Of a stretch of DNA of 64,000 bases, positions 1 through 12,783 are shown piece after piece; position 1 is the stretch's first letter; every line of letters begins with the position of its first letter. The DNA is from the human T2T-CHM13v2.0 reference genome, Homo sapiens: the NCBI RefSeq assembly GCF_009914755.1, contig NC_060939.1; one strand, given 5' to 3'. Made by a program: the position numbers and the translations under genes. Below the pieces are notes generated by a model, which did not search any database, was not told the DNA's origin, and saw only the letters and a program-made list of their open reading frames with translations.

Positions 1-129
1 TTTGTATTTCTAGTAGAGACGGGGTTTCACCACATTGGCCAGGCTGGTCTCCAACTCCTGACCTCGTGATCTGCCCACCTCAGCCTCCCAAAGTGCTGGA
101 ATTACAGGCGTGAGCCACCGCACCCGGCC
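1..129 (-). mobile_element. Alu left arm (AluS, Sg-like), cut by the window edge
   Basis: Reverse-complement Alu: ...ctcctgacctcgtgatc...cccaaagtgctggaattacaggcgtgagccaccgcacccggcc. Confidence 0.95.
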
Positions 130-1383
130 TACTTCTACATTTCAAAATAATTATTTATCAGAATGATAAGTTCATATTGCTCATGATTTGAGGAAAAAAG
201 GGAAAGGAAGAAAAAGAATATTTGTTAAATCCTTAGTACTGTGTAGTGTTGGGAATACATGGATGAAGAAGACATAATATCTGGTTTTGAGAAGGTGGGA
301 AGGAGAGACAGATATATCACGTGTATATATGATAAGTCCTATAACAGAAACATAGAAGGAGTAATTCTCCATGTCTACGTCCAATAAGAGGTGACATTAA
401 ATCTGTGAATTATGCTAGACTTGGAAGAAAAATGACATGCCACATATTAGATAAGCTGACCATGTGTTAGCAAAGCCATTCTTTACTGAAGGACTAAAAA
501 CATTTTCCATCCTAGATGAATATCTCAAATGGAAGTACCAAATACAAGTATCCCCAAAAATGAGCAACTTAGTATATCAAGTTGTCTGGAGTTGGTAAAT
601 TCTTTATAACACTAGGCCTCAGAGAAAACCAAACCCTCTTCTACTGGCAATTATTAGAGTAGTGCACAAATACCCACATTCTGATAATACCAGTAACTCT
701 AAGATATTTACTCAAGACCCCATCACCCTAAATGAGAATACCCAACACTATGTCACTGCCTTGAGGGTTTCCAATAAAGTTCTGCTTTTTGTGTATAACT
801 TTTTATAAAACTTTTATTTTAGGTTCAGGGGTACATGTGCTTGTTTGCTATATAGGTAAATTGCATGTCACAGGGCTTTGTTATACAGATTATTTCATCA
901 CCTAGGTAATAATCTCACTATCCAATAGGTGGTTTTCAGTTCCTCTCCCTCCTCCACCTTCCACCCTCAAGTACACTTGTGTTCATGTGTTGTTGATGTT
1001 TGCTCCCATTTATAAGCAAGAACATGCAGTACTTGGTTTTCTGTTCCTGAGTTAGTTTGCTTATGATAATGGCCTCAAACTCCATTCATGTTGCTGCAAA
1101 GGACATAATCTTGTTCTTTTTTTATGGTTGCATAGTATATATATACCACATTTTATTTATCCTGTCTACCATTGATGGGCATTTAGGTTGATTCCATGTC
1201 TTTGCTATTGTGAGTAGTGCTCTGATGAGTATATGCATGTATGTGTCTTTATAGTCGAATGGCTTATATTCCTTTGGGTATACACCCAATCATGGGACTG
1301 CTGGGTTGAATGGTTAATTCTGTTTTAAGTTCTTTGAGAAATTGCCACACTGCTTTCCACTATGGCTGAGCTAATTTACAGTC

Positions 1384-3638
1384 TGTATTATTCTGTTTTC
1401 ACACTGCTGATAAAGACATACCCGAGGCTGGGCAATTTACAAAAGAAGGAGGCTTATTGGACTTACAGTTCTGCATGGCTAGGGAGGCCTCACAATCATA
1501 ATGGAAGGTGAAAGTCATGTCTCACATGGTGGCAGACAAGAGAAGACAGCTTGTGTAGGAAAACTCCCATTTTTAAAACCATCTGCTCTCCTGAGACTTA
1601 TTGACTATCACAAGAACAGCACAAGAAAGACCTGCCCCCATGATTCAACTATCTCCCACCAGGTCCCTCCCACAATACGTGGGAATTCAAGATGAGATTT
1701 GGGTGGGGACACAGTCAAACCATATCATTCTGCCTCTGGCCCGTCCCAAATCTTATTTCCTCACATTTTAAAACCAATCATGCCTTTCCTACAGTCCCCC
1801 AAAGTCTTAACTCATTTCTGCATTAACTCAAAAGTCCACAGTCCAAAGTCTCATTGGAGACAAGGAAAGTCCCTTCTGCCTATGAGACTGTAAAATCAAA
1901 AGCAATTTAGTTACTTCCTAGAGACAATGGGGATACAGGTATTGGGTAAATATGGCCATTCCAAATGGGAGAAATTAACCAAAACAAAGGGGCTACAGGC
2001 CCCATACAAGTCCAAAATCCAGTGGGGTAGTCAAATTTTAAAGCTCCAAAATGATCTCCTTTGATTCCATGTCTCATATCCAGGTCATGCTGATGCAAGA
2101 GGTGGTTTCCCATAGTCTTGGGCAGCTCTGCCCCTGTGGCTTTGCAGGATATAGCCCCCCTCCTGGGTGCTTTCATGGCCTGGCATTGAGTGTCTGTGGC
2201 TTTTCCAGGCACCTTGTGCAAGCTGTCAGTGGATCTACCATTCTGGGATCTGGAGGATGGTTGCCCACTTCTCACAGCTCCACTAGGCAGTGCCCCAGTA
2301 GGGACTCTGTGTGGGGGCTCTGACCTCACATTTCCCTTTCATACTGCACTAGCAGAGGTTCTCCATGAGGACCCCGCCCCTGTAGCAAACTTCTGCCTGG
2401 GCATCCAGGCATTTCCATACAACCTCTGAAATCTAGGCAGAGGTTCTCAAACCTCAATTCTTGACTTCTGTGCACCTGTAGACTCAACACCATGTGGAAG
2501 CTGCCAAGGCTTGGGGCTTCCACCCTCTGAAGCAACAGACTGAGCTGCACCTTGGCCCCTTTTAGTCACAGCTAGAGTGGCTGGAACACAAGGCACCAAG
2601 TCCCCAGACTGCACATAGCAAAGAGACCCTGGGCCCAGCCCACAAAGCAATTTCTTCCTTCTAGGCCTCCAGGCCTGTGATTGGAGGGGCTGCCATGAAG
2701 ACCTCTGACATGCTTAGAGACATTTTCCCCATTGTCTTGGGAATTAAGTAATTCCTCATTACTTATGCAAATTTCTGCAGCTGCCTTGAATTTCTCCTCA
2801 GAAAATGGGATTTTCTTTTCTATCACAATGTCAGGCTGCATATTTTCCAAACTTTTATGCTGTTTCCCTTTTAAAACAATGTTTTTAACAGCACCCAAGT
2901 CATATCTTTAATGCTTTGCTGCCTAGAAATTTCTTCCACCAGATACCCTAAATCATCTCTCTCAACTTCAAAGTTCCACAAATCTCTAGGGCAGGGGCAA
3001 AATGCTGCCAGTCTCTTTGCTAAAACATAACAAGAGTTACTTTTGCTCCACTTCCCAACAAGTTCCTCATCTCCATCTGAGACCGCCTCAGCCTGGATTT
3101 CATTGTTCATATCATTATCAGCATTTTGGTCAATGCCATTTAACAAGTCTCTAGGGAATTCCAAACTTCCCCACATTTTCCTGTCTTCTTCTGTGCCCTC
3201 CAAACTGTTCCAACCTCTGCCTGTTACCAAGTTCCAAAGTTGCTTCTACATTTTTGAGTATCTTTTCAGCAGTGCCCCACTCTACTGGTACCAATTTACT
3301 GTATTAGTCTGTTTTCACACTGCTGATGAAGACATACCTGAGACTGGGCAATTTACAAAAGAAAGAGGTTTATTGGACTTACAGTTCCACGTGGCTGGGG
3401 AGGCCTCACAATTACAGCAGAAGGCCAAAGGCACATCTCGCATCGCAGCAGACAAGAGAAGAGAGCTTGCTCATGGAAACTGCCATTTTTAAAACCATCT
3501 CCTGAGACTTATTCACTATCATGAGGACAGCATGGAAAAGACCTGCCACCATGATTCAATTACCTCCCACCAGGTCCCTCCCACAACCCGTGGGAATTCA
3601 AGATGAGATTTGGGTGGGGACACAGCCAAACCATATCA
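1384..3638 (-). mobile_element. Complete THE1 (THE1B-like) MaLR provirus: LTR 1384-1727, internal 1728-3299, LTR 3300-3638
   Basis: Two colinear LTRs (tgtatta...catatca), THE1-int sequence, perfect 5-bp TSD cagtc (1379-1383, 3639-3643) interrupting L1 'ctaatttacagtcccacc'. Confidence 0.95.
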
Positions 3639-6600
3639 CAGTCCCACCAACAATGTATACGCATTTTCTTTTCTCTGCAACTTTGTCAGCATTTGTTATT
3701 TTTTGAGTTTTTAATAATAGCCATTCTGAGTGGTGTGAGATGTTATCTCCTTGTGGTTTTGATTTACATTTCTCTGATGATTAGTGATGTTGAGCATTTT
3801 TTCATATGCTTCTTGACCATATGTATGTCTTCTTTTGAAAAGTGTCTGTTCATGTTCTTTGTTCACGTTTTAATGGGGTTGTTTTTTTCTTGTAAATTTG
3901 TTTAAGTTCCTTATAGATTCTGGATATTCGACATTTATTGGATATATAGCTTGCATATATTTTCTCCCATTCTGTAGGCTGTTTACTCTGTTGATAATTT
4001 CTTTTGCTGTGCAGAAGCTCTTCAGTTTAATCAGATTCCATCTGACAATTTTTGGGTTTTGTTGCAATTGTTTTTGGCAGCTTCATCATGAAATCTTTGT
4101 GAGGACGTATGTCTACAATGACTTTTTTAGGTTGCCTTCTGGGTTTTTATAGTTGTAGGTTTTACATACAAGTCTCTAACCTAGCTTGCATTGATTTTTG
4201 TATATGGTGTAAGGAAGGAGTTCAGTTTTAATCTTCTTCACAGGGCTAACCAGTTATTCCAGTTCCATTTGTTGAATAGGGTGTCCTTTCCCCATTGCCT
4301 GTTTTGTCAACTTTGTCAAAGATCAGACTATTGTAGGTGTGTGGTTTTATTTCTGGGGTGTCTACTCTGTTCCATCAGTCTATGTGTTTTTATTTTCTTT
4401 TTTTCCTTTTTTTTTTTTGTACCATGCTGTTTTGGTTACTGTAACCTTGTAGTATAGTTTGAAGTCAGGTAATGTGATGTCTCCAGCTTTGTTCTTTGTG
4501 CTTAGTATTGCCTTGGCTATTGGGGCTCTTTTTTGGTTCCATATGAATTTTGAATAGTTTTTTATAATTATGTGAAGAATGCCATTGACAGTTTATAGGA
4601 ATAGCATTGAATCTATAAATTGCTTTGGTCAGTATGGCCATTTTAACAATATTGATTCTTCCTACCCATAAGCATTGAATATGTCATCTCTGATTTCTTT
4701 GAGCAGGGTTTTGTAATTCTCATTGTAGAAATTTTTCACCTCCTTGGTTAGCTGTATTCCCAGTGATTTTATTCCTTTCCTGGCACTTGTGAATGTGATT
4801 CATTCCTGATTTGGCTCTCGGCTTGGCTATTGTGCATTGCCCAGTGATTTTTGTGCATTGATTTTGTATCCTGAAACTTTGCTGAAGTTGTTTATCAGCT
4901 GAAGGAGCTTCTGGGCTGAGACTATGGGGTTTTCCAGATATAGAATTATTTTGTCTACAAAAGGAGATAGTTTGACTTCCTCTCTTCCTATTTCTATGTC
5001 TTTAGTTTCTTTCTCTTGCCTGATTGCTCTGGCTAGGATATCCAGTACAATGTTGAATATGAGTGGTGAAAGTGGGCATCCTTGTCTTGTTCCAATTCTC
5101 AAATGTTTCAAGTTTTTGCCCATTCAGTATGATGTTTGCTGTGGGTTTGTTACATATGGCTCTTATTATTTTGAGGTATGTTCCTTCATTGCCTAGTGTA
5201 TCAAGGGTTTTTAACATGAAAAGATTTTGCATTTTATCAAAGGCCTTTTCTGCATCTATTGAAATGATCATGTGGTTTTGGTTTTAGTTCTGTTTATGTG
5301 ATGAATCACATTTATTGCCTCACGTATGTTGAACAAACCTTGCATCCCAGAGATTAATCCTACTTGATTGTGGTTGATTATTTTTTTGATGTCTTGCTGG
5401 ATTTTGTTTGCTGATATTTTGTTGAGGAATTTTGCATCTATGTTTATCGAGAATATTCTCCTGAGGCTTTCCTTTTGTTCTTTCTGTGCCAGGTTTTGGT
5501 ATCAGGAAGATGCTGGCCTCATAGAATGAGTTAGGGAGGAGTCCCTTCTCAATTTTTTGAAATAGTTTCAATAGGAATGGTACCAGCTTTCTTTTATACA
5601 TGTGATAGAATTTAGTTGTGACTTCATCTGATCCTGGGCTTTTTATGATTGGTAGGCTTTTGATTACTGATTCAATTTCAGAACTCATTATTGGTTTGTT
5701 CAGGGATTCCATTTCTTCCTGGTTCAAACTTGGGAGGCGTAGGTTTCCAAGAATTTATCCATTTATTCTAGGTTTTCTAGTTTTTGTGCTTAAAGGTATT
5801 AGTAGCAGTCTCTGAGCGTTGTTTGTATTTCTGTGGGTTGGTGGTAATGTCCTCTTTATTTCTGATTGTGTTTATTTGGATCTTCTCTTTTTTTCTTTAT
5901 TTGTCTAGCTAGTGATCTACTAATCTTATTCTTTCAAAAAACCAACTCCTGATGTGTTGACCTTTTGTATGGTTTTTCACATCTCATTTTCCTTCAGTTT
6001 GCCTCTGATTTTGGTTATTTCTTGTCTTCTGCTAGCTCTGGGGTTGGTTTGCTCTTGTTTCTCTAGTTACTCTAGGTGTTATGTTAGTTGCTAATTTAAG
6101 ATCTTTCTATTTGATGTGGGCATTTAATGCTATAAATTTTTCTCTAAACACTGCTATAGCTGTGTCCTAGAGATTCTGGTATGTTGTATCTTTGTTCTCA
6201 TTAGTTTCAAAGTATTTCTTGATGTCTACCTTAGTTTCATTGTTTACACAAAAGTTACTTAGGAGCAGGTTGTTTAATTTCCATGTAACAGTGTGCTTTT
6301 GAGGAGTTTTCTTGGTATTGATTTCTATTTTTATTGTACTGTGATCCAAGAGTGTGTTTGGTATAATTTGGGTTTTTTAAATTTGCTAAGGATTGTTTTA
6401 TGGCCAATTGTGTGGTCTATTTTGGTGTATGTGCCCATGCAAAGGAGAAAAACGTATATTCTGTTGTTTTTGGATAGAGAGTTCTGTTAAGTGTATGTTA
6501 GGCCCATTTTGTCAAGTGTTGAGTTCAGGTCCCAAATATCTTTGTTAGTTTTCTGCCTCAATTATCTAATACTGTCAGTGGGGTGTTGAAGTCTCCTACT

Positions 6601-7209
6601 ATTACTGTTTGGTTATCTAAGTCTCTTTGTAGGTCTTTAAGAAATTGCTTTATAAATCTGGGTGTCCCTGTGTTGCATGCATATATATTTAGAAGAGTCA
6701 GATCTTCTTGTTGAATTAAACTCTTTACCATTATATAATGTCCTTCTGTGTCTCTTTTGATTACCATTGGTTTAAGGTCTGTTTTGTCTGAAATTAGAAC
6801 AGCAACCCCTGCTTTTTCCTGTTTTCCATTTACTTGGTAGATTTTTCTCCATCCCTTTACTTTAAGTCTATGGGTGTCATTACATGTCAGGTGATTCTCT
6901 TGAAGACAGCATAGAGTTGGGTCTTGCTTTCTTTATTCAGCTTGACATTCTTTGCCTTTTAATTGGGGCATTTAGCCAATTTACATTCAAGATTAATATT
7001 GATCAGTTGCGGTTTGATTTTAGCTTGTTATTATTAGACTTGATTGCCTAGGCTGCTTTATAGTGTTAACAGTCTGTGTACTTCAGTGTGTTTTTGTGGC
7101 GGACAATATTAGTCTTTCCTTTCCATATTTAGCACTCCCTTAAGGACCTCTTGTAAGACAGTCTACGGGTAAGAATTCCCTTAGCATTTGCTTGTCTGAA
7201 AAAGATCTT

Positions 7210-7527
<318 letters not shown>

Positions 7528-8021
7528 TTAGTCTGGTGCAGTTCCCTTTTTAGTGATCTGCTCCTTCTTTCTAGATGCCTTTAATATTTTGTCTTTCATT
7601 TCAGACTTGGAAATCTGATTATTGTGTGTCTTGGGGATAGTCATCTTGTACAGTATGTCACAGGGGTTCTCTGTATTTCTTGAATTTGAATGTTGGCCTC
7701 TCTAACAAGGTTAGGGAAATTTTCGTGGATGATGTCCGTAACTATGTTTTCCAAGTTGCTTGCTTTCTCTCCCTCTCTTTCAGGATAGCCAATGAGTCAT
7801 AGGTTTGGTCTCTTTTCATAATCCCATGTATCTCAGAAGTTTTGTCAATTCTTTTTGTTTCTTCCTTACTTTTGTCTGATTGAGTTACTTCAGAGAAGTA
7901 GTTTTTGAACTCTGAGATTCTTTCCTCAGCTTGGTTGATTCTGCTGTTAATACTTGTAATTGTACTATGAAATTCTTGAAGTGAGTTTTTCAGCTCCATC
8001 AGATCAGTTTGGTTTCTTTCT

Positions 8022-8319
8022 TTCTTTCTTTTTCTTCTTTCTTTTTTTTTTTTTTTTTTTTGACAGAGTCTCACTCTGTTGCCCAGGCAATAGCACAATC
8101 TCGGCTCATTACAACCTCCGCCTCCCAGGTTCAAATGATTCCTCTGCCTCAGCCTCCTGAGTAACTGGGATTACAGTGCCTGCCACCTTGCCCATTTTTA
8201 ATACAGACAGGGTTTCACCATGTTGACCAGGCTGGTCTCAAACTCCTATCTTAAAGTGACCTGCCCACCTTGGCCTCCCAAAGTGCTGGGATTACAGGCA
8301 TGAGCCACCGCATCCAGCC
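8022..8319 (-). mobile_element. AluS with small internal deletions, inside L1 ORF1
   Basis: T/TTTC tail then reverse Alu; TSD-like tggtt(t)ctttct on both sides. Confidence 0.92.
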
Positions 8320-9980
8320 TGGTTCTTTCTTAAAATTGCCATTTTGCCTTTTATCTCCTCTATCATTTTATTGTATTCCTTAGATTCCTCGGATTGGGTT
8401 TCAACTTTCTCCTGAATATTGATGATCTTTGTTCCTATCCATATTCTGAATTCTATGTCTGTCATTTCAGCCATTTCAGCCTGGTGAAGAACCATTGTTG
8501 GGGAACTAGTGCAGTTGTTTGGAGGTAAGAAGACACTCTGGCTTTTTGAGCTGCCAGAGTTCTTGTGCTGGTTCTTATTTGTGTGGGTTAGTGTTCCTTT
8601 AATTGTGGTGTAATTTGAGTATAGTCTGTTGTCTTCATTTCTGGATGTTTTCAGCAGGCTGAGGCTTCGTGCAGGGTCTTTTGTAGCTGAATTCTTGTCC
8701 TTGGTTTCACGGGGTGTATATTAGCAAAGTATTTTTGGTGTTGAAGTTTGGGTTCTGATCCAGTAGATGGCACTTAAGTGTAATAGCCAGTAGATACGCT
8801 CTTGCTTAGCCACGTGGCTCCTCTGTATTTCCTTGTGTTTGCAGCCATGCTCCATCTCTGTGCTTTGAGAGTGTGGACTCCTCTCCCACTCAAGTGTTGA
8901 CTGAAGATCTCAGTTTGGCACTCCTGGGTTGCATATCCACAGCCTTGGGGCAAGCTCAGCCTTTATGTTGCCTGCCTGGCTTGGGGACAGCAGGGCCAGG
9001 GACTTCAGCAGTGGCAATGGCAAAAGGTCTTTCACTTGTTTCTTACAGCTCTACCCTCAGAGAAATGCAGGGCCCTTACCAATCTGGGAGACTGGCCTGG
9101 AGTGGGGCAGCTGTGTGGGCTTAACCTGGGGGCCCTGTCTGGCAACAAATAGTGGGGGCAGGGAACTCATGCGGAAGACAGACTTGCCTCTTCTCCTTAT
9201 GGAGGCTGCAGCATGCTAGAGGTGTAAGGCACTCAGGGTCTTTGTTCCTTCCCAGTCTGAAGTCAGCAAGGGCAGTACCCCTACAATGGCAGTAGCAGTG
9301 GCAGAGGTGCTTTCAGTTGCCTCTGGGAGCCCCACTCCAGAGAAACACAGCCACTGCCAACGGGAACGGGAACGTTAAGCCAAGGGTTGGGACAACTGTA
9401 CTGTGGGCCTGAGCCAGGAGCCCTGCTTGGTAAAGAGCAGGGTGTCAGGGCTTACAGGGAAGACAGAATGAGCTCCTTTCCTTAGGGTAACTGTGGCGTG
9501 CTGGAGCACAAATAAAGCCCTCAGACTCTTTGTTCCTTCCCCAGTCCAAGAGGAACAAGGGCAAAACTGCTGCAGTGGCAATGGCAGAGAGATTGTCAGT
9601 TGCCACTCAGAGCTCGGTCCTAGGGAAACACAGAGCTACTACCAGTGGGAATGCGCAGTCAGGGGTGGGGCAGCTGCTCTGTGGCCCTCAGCCGAGGACC
9701 CTGCCTGGTGAAGACTAGGGGGTGGGGGCTCACAGGAAAAAGAGTCTGAGTTCCTCTCCATAGGGTGGCTATGACATGCTGGAGGTGCCAGCAATGTGAC
9801 CAGGCCCTTTGTTCCTTCCCCTGCCCAAGGGTAGTAAGGGTGGTACCACTGCAGCCACAATGCAAGAGAGCCTGAGGGTTGTCTCTGGGATTTCCTTTCC
9901 AGGGAAATGCAGAGCCACCATCGATTGATGTGTTCAGGCAGAGGCAAGGTTGTTGTGCTGGGTTGCCCCGTTTGAGAGGC

Positions 9981-10403
9981 TGTATTAGTCCATTCTTGTA
10001 CTGCCATAAAGAAATACCTGATAGTAGGTAATTTATAAAGAAAAGAGGTTTAATTGGGTCACGGTTCGGCCGGCTAGGAAGCATGGCGGCATCTGCTTCT
10101 GGGGAGGCCTCAGGGAGCTTTGACTCATGGTGGAAGGCAAAGCAGGAGCAGGCATCTTAATGGCAGGAGCAGGACCAAGGTGGGTCGAGGGGCATTGCCA
10201 CACACTTTTTAAAAACCTGATCTAGTGAGAACTCACTATCATGACAGAGTACCAAGGGGGAAATCCACCCCCATGATCCAATCACCTCCCACCAGGCCCC
10301 ACCTCCCCATGATCCAATCACCTCCCACCAGGCCCCACCTCCAATACTGGGGATTATAATTTAACATAAGATTTGGGCAGGGACACAGATCTTAATTATG
10401 TCA
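9981..10403 (-). mobile_element. MST (MSTB-like) solo LTR inside the L1 5'UTR
   Basis: tgtattagtccattctt...ggacacagatcttaattatgtca; near-TSD gaggc/aaggc. Confidence 0.88.
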
Positions 10404-10625
10404 AAGGCCCTGCCCAGTGAGGAGTAACAGGACCTGCCTGGAACACAGTCTTGTTGCTTTTCCGTAAGGCAGCGGTGCTGTGCTGGAGGTCCTCCTTAGT
10501 CCTTAGTCCTTAGTCTTTTTGCTCCCTCCCAAGCCTGAGGGCAGCAGGAGCAGGAGCTATAGAGAACAAAAATAACAGGTCTGCCCACTATTGCTGGGAG
10601 TTCTGTCCGAGGGCAGTGCAGGGCT

Positions 10626-10788
10626 GCCAATGCCACATGAAACTGGACTTCATTCTTGGCAGAATGTGGTAGGCTCCCATTTACCAGCACCCTGCCACAC
10701 GACAGATCAAGAAATCCACACCCTCTAAACTCATGAATCTGAAAATTGGCATCATAAAAAACTACTTTCACACATTGTGGGTTTAGAA
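10626..10788 (+). repeat. 163-bp direct copy of unique sequence 11991-12153, inserted in the L1 5'UTR
   Basis: Ungapped hand alignment, about 15 mismatches in 163 bp. Confidence 0.93.
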
Positions 10789-11990
10789 CCTGCCTGAGCA
10801 CCCAAGCGGGGATGGGGTGAGTGGGGACCCAGGTTATGAGGCCTTGCCCAATAAGGAGTAGTAGGGACAGCGAACCATGAGGAAAACAGAGTGGCCACTT
10901 TTCTTTAAGGCAGCTGTGCTCGGTGGAGGGCTGCATTAGTCCTTTATCTTTTCACATTCTCCCAAGCCTCAGGGCAGCAAGGGCAGGAGCTCCAGAGCAG
11001 CCAAAAAGGGCAGGCCTGTCTGCCACCACTGGGAGCTCCATCGCAGGGCAGAGCTGCTACCAGCACCCCAGGAGGGGTGAGATGGCTGGGGTCCCAGGTT
11101 GGGAGGCCCTGCCCACTGAGGGTAAGTGGGGGCAGTGACCCACATGGAAAACAGTCTGGCCACTTTTTCATAAGACAGCTGCACTGTGTCTTATGAAAAA
11201 CATTCTGGCCACTTTTTCATAAGACAGCTGCACTGTGTTGGGGGCTATGTTAGTCTTTAATTGATTTGCTCCCTCCTGAGTCTGAGGGCAGCGGGAGCTG
11301 GGAGCTGCAAAGCCAGAAAACTAAGGGGCCTGCCTGCCACTACTGGAAACTCCATCCCAGGGAAGTGCAGAGGCCAGAGAGTTCAGGCGGTACCGGCGGC
11401 TGCACTAGGGTCCTAGGCCAGTGGGCCTAGGCTGGTGGGGTGCAGTGGAGGTAAGGCCTGCGGTCCGTCCACTCCTCAGCCCTGTCGATTCAGCCTCTAT
11501 CCCAGGGAGGTGTGAAGGAGTCTTGCTGCCCCCACCGCCAGAGCTGCAATAGCTGGTGCCAGGGTGCCCAGGGGTCTAAGATCCTCAGGAAGCCACGTGT
11601 GCCTGAGTGGTGGCTCTGCCCAGGCTCCAAGCAGCTCATGTCAGTCTAGAGGCCCATTTCCCGGCAGTGGGGAGCCTCTCCCGGCTCCCTGCCGATCCTG
11701 GGTGGGTAGCTGTCCTGTCTCTCTCTTCTCCGTTCTCCATGAGTTGTGTTGCTTCCCCGATGAATCCCAACTTGTCCACCTGCATGATCCAGTTGAAGAG
11801 CTAATGTTTATTCGCCTTATTCGCCACTCTTTCTCCTCTCTGTGAGAGCGGCGCACACCAGCCGCTTCTAGTCAGCCATCTTGGCAAAAAAAAAAAAAAA
11901 AAAAAAAAAATCTAGTGTCTTTCTTTCTACACTGAATGGCAGTGGAACTCTGAGATTCAGTGGAACCTGGAAGTTTGTTCCCACTGGGTG

Positions 11991-12153
11991 GCCAATGCTA
12001 CATCAAACTGGACTTCATTCTTGTCAAAATGTGGTAGGCTCCCATTTACCAGCACCCTGCCACATGATAATGCAACAAATCCACACCCTCTAAACCCATG
12101 AATCTGAAAGTTGGCATCATAAAAAAGTGCTTTCACACATTGTGGTTTTAGAA
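11991..12153 (+). repeat. Donor copy of the 163-bp local duplication
   Basis: gccaatgctacatcaaactggacttc...cacattgtggttttagaa matches 10626-10788. Confidence 0.93.
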
Positions 12154-12443
12154 TCAATTTATTTTAAGAAAACTTTTTTTAAAATTTTTCTTTCATGAAT
12201 ATTTCATTATTCATCACTCTATTTTCTCTGCTGTAGCTAAGCAGAATAATGCTGAGAAAACAGTTCAAAAGTTATTGTAGAAGAATCAAATCTCCACTGC
12301 CAGCTTAAAATCCATAACATTTTCCCTTTTGTTGTTTAAAGTAAAGGTAAATGTTGACTGCATTCTTTGGAATCATACCCAGAATATAGCTGCTGAAGGT
12401 GAGAATACAAAGTACAAATTTCTGCTCAGAAGGTAGAGAAAGC

Positions 12444-12474
<31 letters not shown>

Positions 12475-12783
12475 CTGGTCCCAGAAGGCGGAGCAAGCCA
12501 GCAGAATAGTTTTGCCATGTAACAGTATTACCGTAGAAGGAGATTCAGTGGTATTTTAAATGGTTTTATTTTAAAAGATAAGAAAGGAAAAGAGAGAAAG
12601 ATTCCTCGCCAGTGTAAACTTTTGACAATGAACAGCTGCCACTTTATGTGCTTTTATTTTACTGCAGCTATTAACTTTGCTTCCTTAAAATGATTTAAAA
12701 TTTTTGATTTTATAATACTCAGAAACAGAGGTCTTAAAGGCAACACCCAATGGTTAAAATCATTGCTTTAAAAAAACCTTTCT

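Noticed and set aside
11886-11910. A25 run abutting the L1PA 5' end, as a tail or TSD
   Set aside because: Wrong end and strand for this L1's tail, and no matching sequence at the 3' flank (780-808).
11957-12157. Minus-strand ORF shared with 10496-10936, as a duplicated coding exon
   Set aside because: Differences between copies are mostly non-synonymous and not third-position biased; no protein family recognised.
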